DNA from: a virus
Taxonomy: Duplodnaviria > Heunggongvirae > Uroviricota > Caudoviricetes
Reading direction: 5' to 3' (one strand)
Length of the DNA: 64,000 nucleotides
IMG/VR virus record: IMGVR_UViG_3300028422_000701
This document shows, in pieces, positions 38,841 through 48,631 of this stretch. Each line of letters begins with the position of its first letter. Positions within the stretch are counted from its first letter, which is position 1. A model generated the notes under the pieces. The model was not told the DNA's origin. It did not search any database and saw nothing but the letters and a program-made list of their open reading frames with translations. Position numbers and translations under genes: made by a program.

Positions 38841-39275
38841 CTAATCCTCCTCTGTGTAAGTTGCGAAACTTGTTGGTGTTTCGTATAATTTAATTTCTGT
38901 TACCTTCATACCTACTGGCAATGCCTCATTTATATCTTTAAACATAATACGACTCATGTTTTCACAAGTAGTTCTACAACCTATTACTTTATTTTTGTAA
39001 CCAAGTTCTTGGATATATTTTAAAATAGGTTCGTCACCACAAGCAATAAATGCGTGGTCATATTTTGATAAGATAGCTTCTTCTACGATAGATTTTAAGT
39101 TTTTAAAATCTATTATCATACCCTCTTTAGGGTGGGCTGTAATACTTTCAACTACTGGACCTGTTAAGGTTACAAATAGTTTATAAGTATGTCCATGAAT
39201 ATTTTTACATAAACCATCATGATTTAGTAATTGGTGAGAACAGTCAAAACTGTACTCTTTTGTTACGGTTAACAT
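38841..39275 (-). CDS. queD: 6-carboxy-5,6,7,8-tetrahydropterin synthase
   Basis: CSHQLLNHDGLCKNIHGHTYKL (Cx..HGH zinc motif). Confidence 0.7.
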   Translation of the reverse strand: MLTVTKEYSFDCSHQLLNHDGLCKNIHGHTYKLFVTLTGPVVESITAHPKEGMIIDFKNLKSIVEEAILSKYDHAFIACGDEPILKYIQELGYKNKVIGCRTTCENMSRIMFKDINEALPVGMKVTEIKLYETPTSFATYTEED

Positions 39276-39557
39276 ATTATTCCTCCCTTTAATAAGTTGT
39301 AGCCCCCCACCAAACTACATAATACTGTACCCATTATTAATGGTTAACTAACCACCATGTCAACAGTATCCCAATAAATTAATTATACCACAATCTTGTT
39401 AGAATGTAAATACTTTTTAACAACTTATGAGTTGTTTATATAAATCATAAGCCACACTCCAACCAAGAAATGCAGCAAGTGTTGTAATAAGGGCTATGAC
39501 AATAGCAGCTACCATTACGGCAAACATTTTTTCATCTTCGCTCATATGTAATCCTCC

Positions 39558-40244
39558 TTATTTAATTGCTTGTAAAAATCTTTCTTCTAAGTGTTTATCA
39601 GTTCTAAATACACCTCTTGTACTTATAGTAACTGTACTACTATCAAATGGTGCTTCAACTCCTCTGGCTGTCATACAAGTATGTGTTTCTTCTAAACAAA
39701 CAATTACACCTTGTGCGTCCATTTCTTCCATTAAAGCATTTGCTATTTGATCACTTAGTCTTTCTTGTAGTTGGAAACGTTTAGCGTAACCTTCTACCAT
39801 TCTAGGTATTTTACTTAAACCAACTACTTTTTTATTAGGTAAATAACCAATACTTACATAACCATAAACAGGTAATACGTGATGTTCACAAACACTACGG
39901 CATTCAATACGTTTAACAATTACAATATCGTCATTACCACTATCTTTAAAGTTATAATCTAGGTCATCGTCATCTAAGTTAAATTGTACTTCTAAGTAGT
40001 CTTTAGGATTTTCACAATAACCTCTTGTCATTTCAAGCCAAGCTTTAACTACTCTAAAAGGTGTGTTTTTCATACCATTACTTTCACTATCACCACCACA
40101 AATGTCAATAAGTTTAGCAATACTAGGCATGATTTCGTTTTCTATACTTTCCATTATATCGTTATGGTCACCACTGCCTTTAATAATAACTCTATTTATG
40201 AGTAGTTTATTTATTTTTTCACGTTGTTTTTCATTTAATTCCAT
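39558..40244 (-). CDS. folE: GTP cyclohydrolase I
   Basis: CEHHVLP zinc-binding motif plus a D/N-rich insertion. Confidence 0.75.
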   Translation of the reverse strand: MELNEKQREKINKLLINRVIIKGSGDHNDIMESIENEIMPSIAKLIDICGGDSESNGMKNTPFRVVKAWLEMTRGYCENPKDYLEVQFNLDDDDLDYNFKDSGNDDIVIVKRIECRSVCEHHVLPVYGYVSIGYLPNKKVVGLSKIPRMVEGYAKRFQLQERLSDQIANALMEEMDAQGVIVCLEETHTCMTARGVEAPFDSSTVTISTRGVFRTDKHLEERFLQAIK

Positions 40245-40253
40245 ATTTCCTCC

Positions 40254-41021
40254 TTACACGCCCTGCCTATTACCCCATACCAAAGTATGAAGTTGTAACA
40301 TAACATAAACGTCTTCCATATCACTTTCTAAAACCTTGGTAACAAGTTTTTCATAATCTTGTATTACCCTGTTTCGTACATTTAATATATCTTGTTCCCC
40401 AACGTCAGTGTTACCAACATTTAAGTACAATTTTATACCAGTTCTATTTGTACGTAGTTTAATATCTTGTATTAAGTTATAGTATCTACGAGCAAATTCA
40501 AAATCCTCGTCGTTAAATACTGGTATTTTAATTGTAACAGGTAAATTAAAACGTACTTTAGGATTATACATTAACCAATTACCTACGTTATCAATTACAT
40601 CAGGTTGTCCACTAGATGGTGCTTTTGGGCTAATAACCACATTGTCTACCTTGTCTAGCCAATCAGGTAATTTACTACCTTGTGTTTCAACATCCACTTT
40701 AATGTCAGCTTCATGTAATGCATTAATAACTTTACTAAAGTCATATAAACAAGGGTTACCACCTGTTAGTACAACATTTTTTGTATTTGTGTCTTGACAT
40801 TTAATTATTAATTCAAATAGTAGTTCATCTTCAGTATACACTTTTGTGTCATTATTTCTCTTCCAAGCAAACTTACTATCACACCAACTACAATTAAAAT
40901 CACACCCTACAACTCTAACAAATAAAGTTTTTTTACCTGTGTTAGGACCTTCTCCTTGTATTGTAGGACCTCAACCGAACACTTCGGCAACAGGTATTCT
41001 TACTGTTCTTTCGGTATTCAT
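40254..41021 (-). CDS. queE: 7-carboxy-7-deazaguanine synthase (radical SAM) interrupted by an in-frame TGA
   Basis: ATG 41021 gives MNTERTVRIPVAEVFG, then TGA (plus-strand tca 40971-40973), then GPTIQGEGPNTGKKTLFVRVVGCDFNCSWCDS continuing into the annotated ORF. Confidence 0.7.
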
Positions 41022-41587
41022 ATGTTATCACTCTCCTTTATATGTTTCCACGAACGGTTGTTATAAATATCCCATATAGTAGCATATTTTATATTAGGAT
41101 ACTTTTTACAAACGTCTTTTAAACATATCTTTTTATATTTCATATTTTTAATGTCTTGTACTATATTAACATTAAGTAAACAGGCTGGGTTGTCTACCCC
41201 TAACCGATTACGTAAATGAGTTCGTATAGCGTGTTGTGTATTTTCTTTAGCGGTTACCCATTCTAAGTTGTTAACAAAACAATTATTTTTGTTGCCATCA
41301 ATATGGTTAACCTGTGGTAAATTATCAGGATTTGGTATAAAAGTTTGGGCTACCAATATGTGAACTAAATGTTGTTGTTCCTTACCATCTTTACATAAGG
41401 AAACAACGGGGTATCCGTTAGGTTTAAATGTATTTTTCTTTATAACACCTTTAAACGTACGAAGTCTACCCATACTATCTGTGTAAGTTCTATCAAGACT
41501 TCTTACTGTTCCATAATTAGATATCTCATACCAACCTTCATAGTTAGGAATCGGTTTAAATATTTCTGCTACTGGTATTTTAACCAT
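41018..41587 (-). CDS. HNH homing endonuclease with AP2-like DNA-binding domain
   Basis: GWYEISNYGTVRS AP2-like; NHIDGNKNNCFVNNLEWVTAKEN HNH_3. Confidence 0.6.
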   Translation of the reverse strand: MVKIPVAEIFKPIPNYEGWYEISNYGTVRSLDRTYTDSMGRLRTFKGVIKKNTFKPNGYPVVSLCKDGKEQQHLVHILVAQTFIPNPDNLPQVNHIDGNKNNCFVNNLEWVTAKENTQHAIRTHLRNRLGVDNPACLLNVNIVQDIKNMKYKKICLKDVCKKYPNIKYATIWDIYNNRSWKHIKESDNI

Positions 41588-41647
41588 TTTTACTCCTCCT
41601 TAACTATAAATAAATTATACCATATTAACTTCTGAAAGTAAATATCT

Positions 41648-42631
41648 TTAATTAAATAACATACTATTTTCACAAGTTAATAATTGTGCAGGTGTTAAAT
41701 CATTAATATCCTTACACCCTTTTGGAAATATAAATCTTGTTACAAGTTTATATTTTATTTTTTGGTTTAACATATTGGCTCCAATTTTACCTGCCTTATC
41801 ATTATCAGTTGCCACTATTATGTGGTTAACAGGTAAATTTTTTATTAAGTCTAATTGTTGTGGTGTAGGAACAGCTTGCATCATTGCTACAGCAAGTTTA
41901 CCATAACTCCATAAATATAAAGCATCAATTATACTTTCAACTACATACACACATGATGTGTCCATAAGACTTAATTGTGGATTGTTTAAATGTTCATTTA
42001 CTTTATCAATAGCATATAAGGTAGTTCCTTTACGTCCATCGTTATCATTTATAAACATTTTAATTTTGGTACATCTTTTTTGTACCATAATACATTTAGA
42101 ATCTATATTATAAACTGGAAAACATACAACCTCGTTAATGTGGTCATAACTAATTTTAAAATATTCTAGTATAGCCGCATTTAACCCCCTATTAAGTAAA
42201 TACCAGTTATTATTAACATTATAATCAGTGTCCGTAGGTAAGTCACAATAAGTTATAGGTAAGTCCGGTTTATTTTCTTTAAGTATATTTATAACTGGGC
42301 GTTCCTCTTGGGTAAACATAAAATGTTTACTTAACCATATCATGCCATAATGACCTTTATCGTCGTAACCAAACACATAGCTAATTAATTCAGTTAAATC
42401 AACTGTTTTGTTACAAGTAAAACAGTGACACACACCTGCATCTTGTTTACCTTTACTATCTAGTAATATACCCATACTTGGATGTTGTTCCATACCATTA
42501 CCATGATAAGGACAACTAAACATAATGTTATCCCCTGTTTTTTTAATCTTTGTTAAAAAGGTAGATTTATAAAAGTGTAATTCTTGTAATAAAGTGTCAA
42601 ACACTTCTTCTATATTTAAGTACTCTAACAT
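41648..42631 (-). CDS. DnaG-like DNA primase
   Basis: zinc ribbon CPYHGNGMEQHPS...CHCFTC; TOPRIM-like IVATDNDKAG. Confidence 0.6.
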   Translation of the reverse strand: MLEYLNIEEVFDTLLQELHFYKSTFLTKIKKTGDNIMFSCPYHGNGMEQHPSMGILLDSKGKQDAGVCHCFTCNKTVDLTELISYVFGYDDKGHYGMIWLSKHFMFTQEERPVINILKENKPDLPITYCDLPTDTDYNVNNNWYLLNRGLNAAILEYFKISYDHINEVVCFPVYNIDSKCIMVQKRCTKIKMFINDNDGRKGTTLYAIDKVNEHLNNPQLSLMDTSCVYVVESIIDALYLWSYGKLAVAMMQAVPTPQQLDLIKNLPVNHIIVATDNDKAGKIGANMLNQKIKYKLVTRFIFPKGCKDINDLTPAQLLTCENSMLFN

Positions 42632-43945
42632 TTAAAACACCTCACTACTACTAATATGTGTAGCCACTACTGGTGTATCCTCAACACTTGGGTCTACAAA
42701 ATCTTGAAATATACCATAGTTAATATTCCACAACATTTTAAACCCAACTTCCTTGTCCCCATTAGTGTTCTTACGTACTATTACATTAAGTACATCCTTG
42801 TTAACGGCAAATGTAATTACCTTAGTACTGTTATGAGCCACACCGTCGCTCTCGCTAAGGTCTTCTAACTTAGGGGGATCCAATATACCCGACTCGGTTA
42901 ATCCCGCGCTATTCCTGTTAGTTTGGCTATTTACAAGTATAGGTATATTAATTGTTTCTACAAGTAAACGTAAGTCTTCCATTATGTGGCTATATTTAAG
43001 TCTTTCACTATCGTTACGCTTACCTCTATAGTCCTCCATTAAACTTAATTGGTCAAGTACTACAACGTCAGGCTTATATTTTTCAATTAACATTTTTAAC
43101 CTATTTACGTCAAGTCTATTACCACCTAAGTGTTTTGGTGTTACAACAATAAAAGGTATATCATTAGTACTTAGGTCAGCTACATATTTAAAATAAGTTT
43201 CTTTATTAACGTCTGTGTTGTCTCCAAGTTGTTCTTCACCATATAGTAAACCCTTATTACTAAAATTCTTATTTAAGGTGTCAAATCTAAAACCCATAAT
43301 AGTTTCATTCATTTCTCCACTATAATACAAAATACTTTTACCACTTTTCCACATATTGTTTGCTATTTTTAAACTTAAGAAACTTTTACCTTGATTAGTT
43401 CTTGCTGCAAGTACAACTAAGTCGTTCTGTAAAAAACCACATATAATGTTGTCTAATTGTATAATGCCAGTTGGAACTCCAAGTGCTCCTTTGTTATTAA
43501 TAGCTTGTTGATATGCATTAGCACGGCTAACATCTTTTATAATATTAACCCCTAAAGGTTGTTTACTTTGTATATTACGTATTTGTTCTACGTGTGAAGC
43601 AAGCACGTTAAATGCTTTTATACTGTCCTTACCACTTAGTTCGGTTCCCCATATTTTTGCAGTGTCAAGTTGTAACCTATAAATTAAATCTTCGGCAAAC
43701 TTACTAACTAAGTAACTATCCGTTTCATCTACTTGTATAATGTCAAAGTCATTAAACTCATTTAAAAATGTAAGGGTATCAGGAACCTTACCATAAGTTT
43801 GGTAGTGGTTTAATATAAATTGTAGTTCCTGTTTATACGTGTCACTAAAATCATTAATATTTATATTATTGTTATATAGTATTGACACATCTTTAGTACT
43901 TAATATTTTATTTATTATTTGTACTTCTATCATTAGTTCCACCAC
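42632..43945 (-). CDS. DnaB-like replicative helicase
   Basis: Walker A AARTNQGKSFLSL; RecA-fold C-domain; 437 aa. Confidence 0.7.
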   Translation of the reverse strand: MVELMIEVQIINKILSTKDVSILYNNNININDFSDTYKQELQFILNHYQTYGKVPDTLTFLNEFNDFDIIQVDETDSYLVSKFAEDLIYRLQLDTAKIWGTELSGKDSIKAFNVLASHVEQIRNIQSKQPLGVNIIKDVSRANAYQQAINNKGALGVPTGIIQLDNIICGFLQNDLVVLAARTNQGKSFLSLKIANNMWKSGKSILYYSGEMNETIMGFRFDTLNKNFSNKGLLYGEEQLGDNTDVNKETYFKYVADLSTNDIPFIVVTPKHLGGNRLDVNRLKMLIEKYKPDVVVLDQLSLMEDYRGKRNDSERLKYSHIMEDLRLLVETINIPILVNSQTNRNSAGLTESGILDPPKLEDLSESDGVAHNSTKVITFAVNKDVLNVIVRKNTNGDKEVGFKMLWNINYGIFQDFVDPSVEDTPVVATHISSSEVF

Positions 43946-44640
43946 CTTTTTTCGTTACGTCTACCTACACCCACAAATTGTATAGGTCTACATTTTTCAC
44001 TTATTCTGTCTGCTATTCTATCGTCAAGTCTAGCGGCTAATTGTTGTATATTATAATTACTAGTAAATATCATACTTTTATTTAACATATATCTTTCATT
44101 AATATACATATAAAGTTTGTTCTTTACCCAAGTTGTAGGTGCTTCTACACCAATATCATCAAATATTACAAGCGATGCTCCAAGTATATTCTTTTCTATG
44201 TTACTTATATAATCCTTATTATCCATATTAGATCTAAGTTCTTCAAATAAAGTAACAACATTTACATAATATACAGGTAGTTCATCCTTTGTAACATACT
44301 TCCAACCATTATTTATAATTTGTTCAAAAGATATTTTTAATGCCCAACTTGTTTTCCCTGTACCACTTTTTTCACTATATATGTACAACCCGTGTCCATT
44401 TTGTATATGGTTAACAAGGTTAGTTTTATATTCGTTACATATAGTAAATGATTCGAGGTCACACGTTTCAGGTATTAAAGTAATATCTTGTAAACTAAGT
44501 TTAGGAAGATTACTATCTAAAATAGAATTAACCATTCCCGTATAATGTATACACCCAAGTTTACAGTTATTTTTAAACTTACAGTTTTTTACATTAGGAC
44601 AAGGGTTAATATTGTAATCTTCCCACCAAAATTTTTCCAC
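43933..44640 (-). CDS. DnaC/DnaI-like helicase loader ATPase
   Basis: Walker A SGTGKTS; Walker B FDDIGVE; N-terminal Cys cluster. Confidence 0.55.
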   Translation of the reverse strand: MEKFWWEDYNINPCPNVKNCKFKNNCKLGCIHYTGMVNSILDSNLPKLSLQDITLIPETCDLESFTICNEYKTNLVNHIQNGHGLYIYSEKSGTGKTSWALKISFEQIINNGWKYVTKDELPVYYVNVVTLFEELRSNMDNKDYISNIEKNILGASLVIFDDIGVEAPTTWVKNKLYMYINERYMLNKSMIFTSNYNIQQLAARLDDRIADRISEKCRPIQFVGVGRRNEKRWWN

Positions 44641-45290
44641 TAAAATATATTATTACTTAATTGAATATTGCCTATTGAAGGAGTATTAATACTAATTTCA
44701 GTAAACATTTGTTCGTTAAGATATTTTTCAAAGTTTCCGGGTCTAAATAAAGTTGTTGGACATAAATATTTAGGGTTGTTAATAAAAAATATGTCTTTAC
44801 ATTTATTATCAATTACCCTCTTAAAGTCACTTACCTTATACCCCTCTTTTAACCTTGATGAAATAAACTTAACTGTGTCACTTCCTGATGCAGTAAAACG
44901 TTTACCAGTTTTAGTATTTAAGTATTCAATTATTTCCTTTATTTCTTTAGTGTAGGTTGGAACTTGTTCAAAAGCAGCTATTGGTTGTTTAGGTGGGTTA
45001 TTATTTTCATTACCACCTTTTTCTAATAATGTAATAAATAAATCGTTCTCCTTAACAACATAAATATATTCTAATTCTGCTAAGTGCTGTAACCATAACA
45101 TAAGTGTTTTTTCATTTGGTTGTTCGTCATTACGTACAAAATATTTACCCAAATTACTACACTTTATTTTTAACTTACCATCCTTATCTATTAAAGAAGT
45201 TATTATGGCATACAATAACTTCTCATTAGATGTAAGTTTTCCGTTTAAAATAATATGTGATGGCACTACACAATAATAGGACATATTCAT
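44640..45290 (-). CDS. replisome organizer-like protein (DnaD-like N-region plus conserved phage C-domain)
   Basis: C-terminal TKTGKRF...RLKEGY...FRPGNFEKY resembles the conserved phage replisome-organizer C-domain. Confidence 0.4.
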   Translation of the reverse strand: MNMSYYCVVPSHIILNGKLTSNEKLLYAIITSLIDKDGKLKIKCSNLGKYFVRNDEQPNEKTLMLWLQHLAELEYIYVVKENDLFITLLEKGGNENNNPPKQPIAAFEQVPTYTKEIKEIIEYLNTKTGKRFTASGSDTVKFISSRLKEGYKVSDFKRVIDNKCKDIFFINNPKYLCPTTLFRPGNFEKYLNEQMFTEISINTPSIGNIQLSNNIF

Positions 45291-45291
45291 A

Positions 45292-45495
45292 TTATATCTC
45301 GTCGAATGTTTTAATTGTTTCGGCTACACGTTTATCTAATTCTGTATTAACTGTTGCCCAACCCATTTCTTTAACTTCTTCAGTTACGTCATTTTCGTCA
45401 AGTTCTACAGTTATACCATAACTAACACTAATACTATTATAATTATGTGATATTTTAACTTCTTTTTTAAACTCCATTTGTTTTACTTTTGCCAT
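45292..45495 (-). CDS. hypothetical protein
   Basis: ORF with RBS aggagg. Confidence 0.35.
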   Translation of the reverse strand: MAKVKQMEFKKEVKISHNYNSISVSYGITVELDENDVTEEVKEMGWATVNTELDKRVAETIKTFDEI

Positions 45496-45496
45496 A

Positions 45497-45715
45497 TTAT
45501 TTTTCCTCCTTTATTTCCATATCATTTAAGTCTGCGTCACCATAGTCATCAATTTCGTAATCATCTACTACTAAATCTAAATAATCTCTTATTTCATCAT
45601 AATCCATATTTTTAATGTCTTCTACAGAATCTGCTTCAATAACACCCTCTAAGTGTCCATAGCGTAAATGTCCCATTACATAATCAACTGGGATTGTAAC
45701 TTTATATCTTGCCAT
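45497..45715 (-). CDS. hypothetical highly acidic protein
   Basis: 72 aa, D/E/Y-rich. Confidence 0.4.
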   Translation of the reverse strand: MARYKVTIPVDYVMGHLRYGHLEGVIEADSVEDIKNMDYDEIRDYLDLVVDDYEIDDYGDADLNDMEIKEEK

Positions 45716-46137
45716 TATTTCTTGGCTCCTTTCTTTTTGTCTGTTATTTTAGTAACATATAAACTACCTGTAACAGATGTTTCAATACAATCTTGTAGTA
45801 ATACAGGGTCTAATTCCCCAAATGCTACGGCATTGTCTAATGCCATTTCATCAACGTATTCAACTACTTTTGTTTTAACCAATGAATCTTGTCCAATAAG
45901 TTTTAAAGTACTAATAAGTTTTTCTTGGTTCATAACATTTGTTTCTTTTTTACGATAATCTACTTTTATTTTTAAATCCTCGTAAGTAAGAGTATCCCCA
46001 ATTTGTAAATCTGATAAAATAATTTCCTTAGGGGATTTTAATTTCTTTTCAGCATCCTTTTTAATTTCGTTATAAGTATAGTAATCCAATACTGCCTGTT
46101 TATAACTTTTATCCTTGACTTCCTTTTGTGATAACAT
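45715..46137 (-). CDS. hypothetical protein
   Basis: ORF. Confidence 0.35.
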   Translation of the reverse strand: MLSQKEVKDKSYKQAVLDYYTYNEIKKDAEKKLKSPKEIILSDLQIGDTLTYEDLKIKVDYRKKETNVMNQEKLISTLKLIGQDSLVKTKVVEYVDEMALDNAVAFGELDPVLLQDCIETSVTGSLYVTKITDKKKGAKK

Positions 46138-46283
46138 ACGTAAACACTCCTTTCACTATTATTCGTACACTCATATATATTACAATCAGCCACGAAATAA
46201 TGTCTAAATTAAGTACACCACATAAATACAAAATTGTACATATTAAAATTAAAATTTCATGAATGTTTTCATTAATTATTAAT

Positions 46284-48017
46284 TTAATCATTATAATCCT
46301 CCTGTAAACTTAAAATACCAAGTAATTGTAAAACATCTTTCTTTTGTGTTTTTAATTGTCCATCAACAATATAATCACTTAGGTCACGTTTACCTTCTAT
46401 CATTTTTTCTATTTCTTCATCTATAGTATCCTTTGCTACTAAGGTAACAACATTTACAGTTCCAGCTGTACCTATTCTATGTGCTCTATCCTCGGCTTGA
46501 GCTTTATTTGCATCATTCCAAGGACTGTCCATAAATATAACATAACTAGCCTTATTTAAAGTATAACCAGTACCCATAGCTCCAATAGTACCAACAATAA
46601 CGTTATTATCTTTTGTTTCCTGGAATAATCGTATGTTATACATACGTTGTTCATCCTTAACATCACCTGTAATAGTAAGTGGGTTATATTGGTTTAAACG
46701 GTTTGTTATAGCCGCAACCATTTGTTCCCAATTACTAAAAATTATAACTTTGTTACCCCTACTAACGATCTCGTCTACTAGTTCTTCTAACCTGTCCATT
46801 TTTGGGTCATCCTTAATATCAGGGGCTAGTAATTGTGGGTGTCCAGTAATCTGTCTTAATCTAATTAATTTAGCAAGTGGATTTGGGCTTATCATAATTT
46901 CATCTATTTGGGTAATTAATTCATCCCTTATATCATTATATAAGTTTTGTTGTTCTTTACCCAATTCAATATAGTCTATTGATCTTATTTTAGGTGGTAA
47001 ATCTAAAACATCCTCTTTTTTACGTCTTAATTGGGCTGTACTAAGTAACTCTTGTAATTTATCTAGGTTTTTATACCCTAGTATTTCTCTACCCCCAAAA
47101 CCACCCATAATACAATATTTTAACTTAAACCTAGTTAAACTATCTCTATCGTAACCTAACCAATATAAAACATTGTATAAGTCAATAGCATTATTCATTA
47201 ATGGTGTACCAGTTAGTGCAATTTTATAATAACTCTGTAGTTTATGTATTGCCTTACCTGCCTGACTTTGGGAATTTTTTAATTTATGAAATTCGTCAAT
47301 AATTATCATTCCTATCTCTCCGCAATTAACTAACATTTGTAGTTTAAGTACGATATCTTTATTACGTAAACTTTCTTGGTTGGTTATTATAAAAAAGTCA
47401 TTTGGTAAGTTATCTAAATCTTCTAGTTTTCGTTTAGTATCCCCTTGTACAAGTTTATTCTTCTTGTTGGTATAAGTACCAATTATATGGGCTGTTTCAT
47501 AAGTATGTTGGTTTATTTCACTTAACCAATTCCATTTTAAACCATTAACCCCACAAATGATTAAACAATGTTTAAAACTATTTTTTCTACTTGCAGCAAT
47601 AACACTACTACTTAGTGTCTTACCTAAACCTTGGTCATCCGCAAGTAGAAAACAGTTATGTGTTTTTGCAAATTCAATTGCCTCTACTTGGTGTTTAAAT
47701 AATTTAGTTTTACATTCTATTTCTTCATTAACTGATTTATTTTTACCTTTTGTTTCCCTGTACTGTGATACCTTAGAAATTATTTCCGTACAATCGTTAT
47801 AAGAACCAATACCGTAGTCTTCAAATTTTTGCATTAATAAATCAAAGTCTTCTATAGGTACTTCCCATTCCTTACTGGTGGATAAAAAATAAGCCCTTGG
47901 TAATTCATGTAACCTTCTAACAGTTTCCATATTATAGGGAAACCATATGAAGATGGCTTTCTTTCTTTTATCCGTAAGTATTGCATGACGTACATCTAAG
48001 TATATAACATTAACCAT
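46284..48017 (-). CDS. SNF2-family helicase
   Basis: LLADDQGLGKT, DEFHKLKN, QAEDRAHRIGT motifs. Confidence 0.75.
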   Translation of the reverse strand: MVNVIYLDVRHAILTDKRKKAIFIWFPYNMETVRRLHELPRAYFLSTSKEWEVPIEDFDLLMQKFEDYGIGSYNDCTEIISKVSQYRETKGKNKSVNEEIECKTKLFKHQVEAIEFAKTHNCFLLADDQGLGKTLSSSVIAASRKNSFKHCLIICGVNGLKWNWLSEINQHTYETAHIIGTYTNKKNKLVQGDTKRKLEDLDNLPNDFFIITNQESLRNKDIVLKLQMLVNCGEIGMIIIDEFHKLKNSQSQAGKAIHKLQSYYKIALTGTPLMNNAIDLYNVLYWLGYDRDSLTRFKLKYCIMGGFGGREILGYKNLDKLQELLSTAQLRRKKEDVLDLPPKIRSIDYIELGKEQQNLYNDIRDELITQIDEIMISPNPLAKLIRLRQITGHPQLLAPDIKDDPKMDRLEELVDEIVSRGNKVIIFSNWEQMVAAITNRLNQYNPLTITGDVKDEQRMYNIRLFQETKDNNVIVGTIGAMGTGYTLNKASYVIFMDSPWNDANKAQAEDRAHRIGTAGTVNVVTLVAKDTIDEEIEKMIEGKRDLSDYIVDGQLKTQKKDVLQLLGILSLQEDYND

Positions 48018-48040
48018 ACCTCATCTCCTTCATATATTAA

Positions 48041-48069
48041 ATTATACTACATCTTACGTGAAATGTCAA
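48041..48069 (-). promoter_or_regulatory. promoter TTGACA-N17-TATAAT (minus strand) for the SNF2 block
   Basis: minus-strand TTGACA (plus 48064-48069) and TATAAT (plus 48041-48046), 17-nt spacer; aaagtgtgaaaa motif upstream. Confidence 0.55.
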
Positions 48070-48114
48070 TAGAAAATAAAAACAAAGTGTGAAAACTTTG
48101 TTTATTTTATTTTA

Positions 48115-48191
48115 TGGTGCTCCCGATAGGACTCGAACCTACAAGACCTTGTTTCTAAGACAAGGATGTTTACCAGTTTCATCACAGGAGC
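48115..48191 (-). tRNA. tRNA with anticodon UAG (Leu anticodon) but class-I (short variable arm) shape
   Basis: acceptor GCTCCTG/CGGGAGC plus A plus CCA; anticodon arm CCTTGT-CTTAGAA-ACAAGG; T-arm GTAGG-TTCGAGT-CCTAT. Confidence 0.55.
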
Positions 48192-48196
48192 ATATT

Positions 48197-48276
48197 TGGA
48201 GACCTAAGTAGGATTCGAACCTACGACATATACCAGATTTGCAGTCTGGCGCCTTAAACCACTTGGCTATTAAGTC
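48197..48276 (-). tRNA. tRNA-Cys(GCA)
   Basis: acceptor GACTTAA/TTAGGTC; anticodon loop CTGCAAA; CCA encoded. Confidence 0.7.
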
Positions 48277-48281
48277 ATATA

Positions 48282-48373
48282 TGGCGTCGAGTACTAGATT
48301 CGAACTAGTGGATCCCCTAAAGGATCGACGGTTTAGCAAACCGTTGGTTTAAGCCATGCTCACCCAACTCGAC
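48282..48373 (-). tRNA. tRNA-Ser(GCU)
   Basis: acceptor GTCGAGT/ACTCGAC; loop TTGCTAA; long variable arm. Confidence 0.7.
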
Positions 48374-48474
48374 ATGAAGTGTAAGGTACGTACTTTTGAA
48401 AGGTTGTTTCCCTATGTCTTAGGTAGAGCCTTACGTACACTAAGACGTATATGTAGATAATAAGTATACAATTT

Positions 48475-48550
48475 TGGTTGTCCCTGAAGGATTCGAACCT
48501 CCACATTACGGGTTCAAGGCCCGCTATCTTACCAATTTGATCAAGGGACA
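48475..48550 (-). tRNA. tRNA-Gln(UUG)
   Basis: acceptor TGTCCCT/AGGGACA; loop CCTTGAA. Confidence 0.7.
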
Positions 48551-48556
48551 ATACTA

Positions 48557-48631
48557 TGGTGTTCCCGATAGGATTCGGACCTATGTAATACGCTTTAGAA
48601 GAGCGTTGCCTATCCACTAGACTACGAGAAC
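48557..48631 (-). tRNA. tRNA-Arg(UCU)
   Basis: acceptor GTTCTCG/CGGGAAC; loop CTTCTAA. Confidence 0.7.

Noticed and set aside
30172-41021. Presence of QueF (preQ1 route) or an amidotransferase-fused QueC (ADG route) in the deazaguanine cluster
   Set aside because: No ORF in 30-41 kb shows the QueF motifs or a glutaminase domain. The QueC-like ORF is the 255-aa single-domain form.
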